A stretch of DNA of 64,000 nt, from NCBI GenBank assembly GCA_964016885.1, contig OZ024743.1:345154001-345218000 (forward strand). Direction: 5' to 3'. A program made the position numbers and the translations under genes. How positions within the stretch are numbered: position 1 is the first letter of the stretch; the number at the start of each line of letters is the position of its first letter. Below, piece after piece: positions 59,338-64,000 of this stretch. The DNA is from Eledone cirrhosa. Its lineage: Eukaryota. The notes below the pieces were generated by a model, which worked only from the letters and a program-made list of their open reading frames with translations, did not search any database and had not been told where the DNA came from.

Positions 59338-59421
59338 TATAAAAAGATGAGACTTAAGCATACTCGTATTTAGAATATAACATATTTGAAAGTAAACTTG
59401 TTCCCTACTCAGTTGAACACA

Positions 59422-59485
<64 letters not shown>

Positions 59486-60273
59486 GCACACGCACACACA
59501 CACATATGTGTGATATGTGAATATATGTATTTATGTATGTACGTGTGAATGTATGCTTGCATGTATGTATGTTTTTATTTATAAAATAAATACACGTATA
59601 CACACATATATGTGTGCGTGTGTATCCCCCCTCTCTCTCTCTCTCTCTCTCTGTGGTGTGCGCGTGTATGTATTGTGTATATGTTAGAGGCTACGCATTG
59701 CAGTCATGTTCAGGCAGATCACATACTGAATTGTGGATGTTCATACTGTTGTCCATATTTGAGTTTCTAGTTACAATGGAGGCTCATCTGAGATCTCATT
59801 GTGCTTCTAGAAGACATTTACGTACACTTCCGCTTTAAATTTTCGGCAGAATATCTAAAACCTTGGAGCTGTAATCCATTAAACTATGGCAATATTTGTT
59901 ATTGACAGTAGATGAATAGGATGAGATTTTCGTACAATGTGAAAAATATGTAACGTTTGTTATGCAATGCAAATTTTGAAGTAAAACTTCGTTAGCTTCT
60001 ATTTATTTAATAATGTCTCATATAAAATAATACAACCAGCTATCCACGAAATGCTGATTAGTTAGCACCCCAAACACTAAATTGGGATAATACTTAGGTA
60101 TATCCTAATGTTTGTTGAGTGAGATGGAGTTGGTCGGATTATCGCTTAAGGCTTTCTCTGTTTATGTATTGAATATATATATATTATAAACAAAAAACAA
60201 AAACAAAAACAATAACGAAGAGTGCAGTCCAAACAGTGTTGGTATTAGGTTCACGCTTGAGAGTGGATGTGGG

Positions 60274-60434
<161 letters not shown>

Positions 60435-60614
60435 TTAGTTATATATTTATTTATATAAAAATAAAACAAAATTTGCTTTCACTCTTAACGTGGTGGATAC
60501 CTAAATTATTCGTGAATGAATAATGATTTCTAGATCGGTAGCTCAGAGAAACAATCGAAAATTGCTTTGGAGTGTTTGCGCCTTATCAATATTGTGTATT
60601 CTCGTGCCTGCTAT

Positions 60615-61595
60615 AAATGGAACTGGTGATTGGACTGTATGTGCTTTCTAAATTAAAAGATCTCTTCCCACTGGAGAGGGCTTGTATCGCGACGACGGAC
60701 TACTCAAAACTTCAGCCGCTGCGCTACAGACCGAACCAGAAAGGATCTTCTAGAATCTCCGACCTAGGGTTCCAGATTACCATCCAGAATAACCTGAATT
60801 TGGAGGACTTCCTCGATGTTACACTCGAAAGTGAACTCATGAATCTCGAAAGTGGACTCTACTACCCGTATAGGGAGCCCAGTGAGATCCTCCCATATAT
60901 GTACAAGAACTCTAACCGAATTCTTTGAACTCCATGAGGCACCCAACCACCGCCGGAACAGGAAAAGTAGGGTTATGTTGTATAACCCATCCCACAATGC
61001 AGAAGTGGCAAAACCACATGCTCGGATTTTCTTGCAACCACAGCCATGGTAGCATAGGATTTTCAATAAAAACCCAGTAAAGCTCTCCTAACCAACAAAA
61101 GTAAATATAGCACAATGTATTGCTGCATATAACAGGACCAAACTCAACAGACATAGTTATAAAAGTCCATAGAACAATACTGCAATTGCCATAGAATAAT
61201 ACTGCAATTGCCGCCAACGGGAGGAGTACCCTCTAGACTCCAAACACCTAACTATCAATGTAGTATACAAATGTGAGGTCACCTCCACCACGAAGAGAAA
61301 AGCATACTCACGTATGACGGCTAATACCTTCAAATCCCGATTCACGCAGCACAAATATTCCTACTGACTCTCAGAGAGAAAGCATAGAAGAAGCCTTTCC
61401 AGCCATCTCTGGCAGTTACGCGAAAACGGAACACCCTGCCAGCTACGCTGGACAACCATCTCCAGATACCTAACCTATTCAGGATGTGGAAGACCCCACA
61501 ACTTGTGCCCACCCGAAGCATAGTGTTCGACAGGGACACATTAATAAACAACAAATCAGAACTAGTCACCAAATGTATGCTTCGCATAGAAAAAT
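60615..61595 (+). pseudogene. Decayed Penelope-like element: RT C-terminal half plus GIY-YIG endonuclease (frameshifts, stops, internal deletion)
   Basis: Motifs in the expected order across frames: ELVIGLYVLSKL; GLYRDDGL (YRDD at 60685-60696); ITIQNNL..DFLDVTL..NLESGLYYPYREP..YMYKNSN; RNRKSRVMLYNP; HRIFNKNPVKLS; CNCRQREEYPL...NVVYKCEV...AYSRMTANTFKSRFTQHKYS; LINNKSELVTKC. Confidence 0.88.
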
Positions 61596-61890
61596 CATAC
61601 CTGTGCCCCAAACTAATAAAAGATCCTGGAGGCTCGTGATCCAAGTCAACCAAGCGTAGGAACCCAAAACATTCGGCATTTAAGCCTCCACAGCAATATG
61701 TATCTGGACTAAGCCCCACCATACACTCCTGCTCAAGCACCCGGACTTCACCGGGAACCCACTTGCAGAGGCCCTGGGCCTCCAGCACATTCTCCCACCC
61801 TCAGCTAGTATATCAACCTTTATCACCTACGTTGTGCCATCAACCTACCACTAATCACCTGTATTTTTCCTTTCACATATTTTACTTCCC

Positions 61891-61973
<83 letters not shown>

Positions 61974-62806
61974 TATAGCCTTAAACGTCTTCCTCCCTGA
62001 TTCTTGTATGGATGTATATGAATGTAGCACGCACAGATGTGCGTGCATGTTAATGATACATGTGGGTGCGTGTGTGCAGACATTTCCACCATCTCTTCTC
62101 ACCATACGGACATGAATGGACCCGTGTTTGCGCATGTGAGACTGTACGGATGTGTATGCGCATATGGGTATATACATATATATATGTATATGTATGTGTC
62201 TGCACATTCAGGTATGTGAATGTGCATGTATGGTTGCGTACATATATGTGTATGTATGCACATGGGTATGTGAGTCTGCATGTTTGAATGTGCTTCTGCT
62301 TCTGTGTGTATTCTTCACCCACTCTAATTTGTACTCTAAATTCTTATCTCACCCCGCTCCTTCCATTAAAGTAATAATTGATTTTCTTTCTTCATGCCTT
62401 TTTATGATAAAACCTTCTTAAACTTCCCAGTATACTGCTGTGTGCCTGCGTGTAGGCAGAATGCATACATATTGTACACACACTTCATCACTGGTTATAT
62501 ACCCATACAATCCGTTCTACCTATTTTAAATCCCTTATATTTTACCTATTTGATCCTATTTACTAATTTATTTAACCATTTGCTCTTTTACTTCTATATA
62601 ACCCACTTTTAATTGTTAATTCTTCACTTAAAACATCACCTTAAGCCTATAAGCCCCATCTATAAATAGCTCTACCCTTCCTACCTCGACTCCGATAGCC
62701 ACTATGCCCCTTCTCCTCCTACTCCATTCCTACCTACTAACTACCTCTACCCCTACCAACACTACTTCCTTTCCTGACCCCTTGCCTGATGTTATTTCTG
62801 TTTACC

Positions 62807-62894
<88 letters not shown>

Positions 62895-63489
62895 TTACTT
62901 ATATTCATATTTATATTAAGACCATATCAACCACTTGATTTTGTCTCTACGTCTACATTCATTGCTTTAGTGCTACTCTGCATGAGCTCATAACTTGTTC
63001 CACTGTCTATCTACCCTGGCAGACTAGACACTCAGGGTTATATGAGATTCGTATTTGAGGGCAGGAGATCATGGACAGATCTCAGGAGAAAACTAATGCT
63101 AAAAGGCGCCCTATGCGACATCTCAATCCAACTGATACACGTCCGGAGTACACCTTCCCACGTCATCCACCAGCCTTGTTATATCTACTGTCCTGCCAGG
63201 CAGGATCTTCTGGAATCCACATCTTTCTTTACCTCCTCTAAAATCAGATCTATTCTAATCTTCCCCCCCCCCCCCTCGCCTCTGACCACCGTTCCATTTT
63301 TGGTACACACATCCACTTATTATAGACCAGAGTATGTCTTTTCCTTTACTGCATCTACAACTTCAATGAGTCTCCATCTTCTGTTTGGTTTTATATATAT
63401 ATATATATAAACAGTATATATATATATATATATTTCGTTTCTGAATTTGTTTAGCAAGATTCTTTATCTGAAATCGTGTGTTGAAACCG

Positions 63490-63801
63490 ATATTGTTATA
63501 CTTTGGGAGGGTCATGTTGCGCAAACTGAGCACGCAACCCACACACAAACAAAATGGCGTAGGATAGAAGAAAGGAAAGGCACAGAAACGAAGAAAGAAA
63601 TCCCCAGTCACTGAAGAGGTCACAGAGTGTGTGACGAAAGAACTATGACTATATATATATAAACAACTATCTGGTTGTGGAACCAACCAACCAACCAGAA
63701 ATTTATAAATTTGTAAATTTATAAATATATAATAAATTAAATTGAAGTGAAAGCAACTGGTGCGTGTGTTTCTTATTGGCAACATGACCCTCCCAAAGTA
63801 T

Positions 63802-63809
<8 letters not shown>
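63490..63809 (+). mobile_element. 320-bp HHR-bearing element with 31-bp terminal inverted repeats, ending in (TA)n
   Basis: ATATTGTTATACTTTGGGAGGGTCATGTTGC (63490-63520) is perfectly inverted at 63779-63809. Internal HHR and AATAAA. Confidence 0.8.
63606..63650 (+). ncRNA. Minimal type-I hammerhead ribozyme
   Basis: AGTCA-CTGAAGA-G GTCACA GAGTG TGTGAC-GAAA-GAAC-TA-TGACT. Canonical core, helix I AGTCA/TGACT, 6-bp helix II; helix III GAAC is one change from a palindrome. Confidence 0.82.
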
Positions 63810-63845
<36 letters not shown>

Positions 63846-63877
63846 AGTATATATATATATATATATATATATAAACA

Positions 63878-63925
<48 letters not shown>

Positions 63926-63926
63926 A

Positions 63927-63960
<34 letters not shown>

Positions 63961-63961
63961 A

Positions 63962-64000
<39 letters not shown>
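63807..64000. repeat. Compound minisatellite [AAACAG(TA)n]
   Basis: AAACAG interrupts (TA)n at ~63842, 63873, 63922 and 63957; also at ~63409. Confidence 0.8.

Overview
Eukaryotic, repeat-dominated DNA with no credible intact protein-coding gene. The SINE at ~53.1 kb and the density of (TA)n/(CA)n suggest an octopus-like cephalopod (inference). Positions 1-~38,400 are one strand-asymmetric 41-bp satellite array (~930 monomers) derived from (TATG)n, with kb-scale higher-order duplications. All the giant M/Y/V/C-rich ORFs are artefacts of it. Positions ~38.4-64 kb are a microsatellite mosaic packed with mobile-element pieces. The main signal is a cluster of short elements from several unrelated sequence families, nearly all in or beside (TA)n tracts. 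They occur as fold-back palindromes or partial tandem repeats, and most carry a minimal type-I hammerhead ribozyme (HHR) with a palindromic helix III. One of them retains the C-terminus of a Penelope GIY-YIG endonuclease, and a decayed Penelope-like RT+EN pseudogene lies at ~60.6-61.6 kb. The best reading is a (TA)n-targeting Penelope-like-element (PLE) / retrozyme hotspot. Also present are a mariner relic with a nested MITE, a tRNA-derived SINE and a degenerate telomere-like hexamer tract. All structures were read by eye; none was computationally folded or searched.
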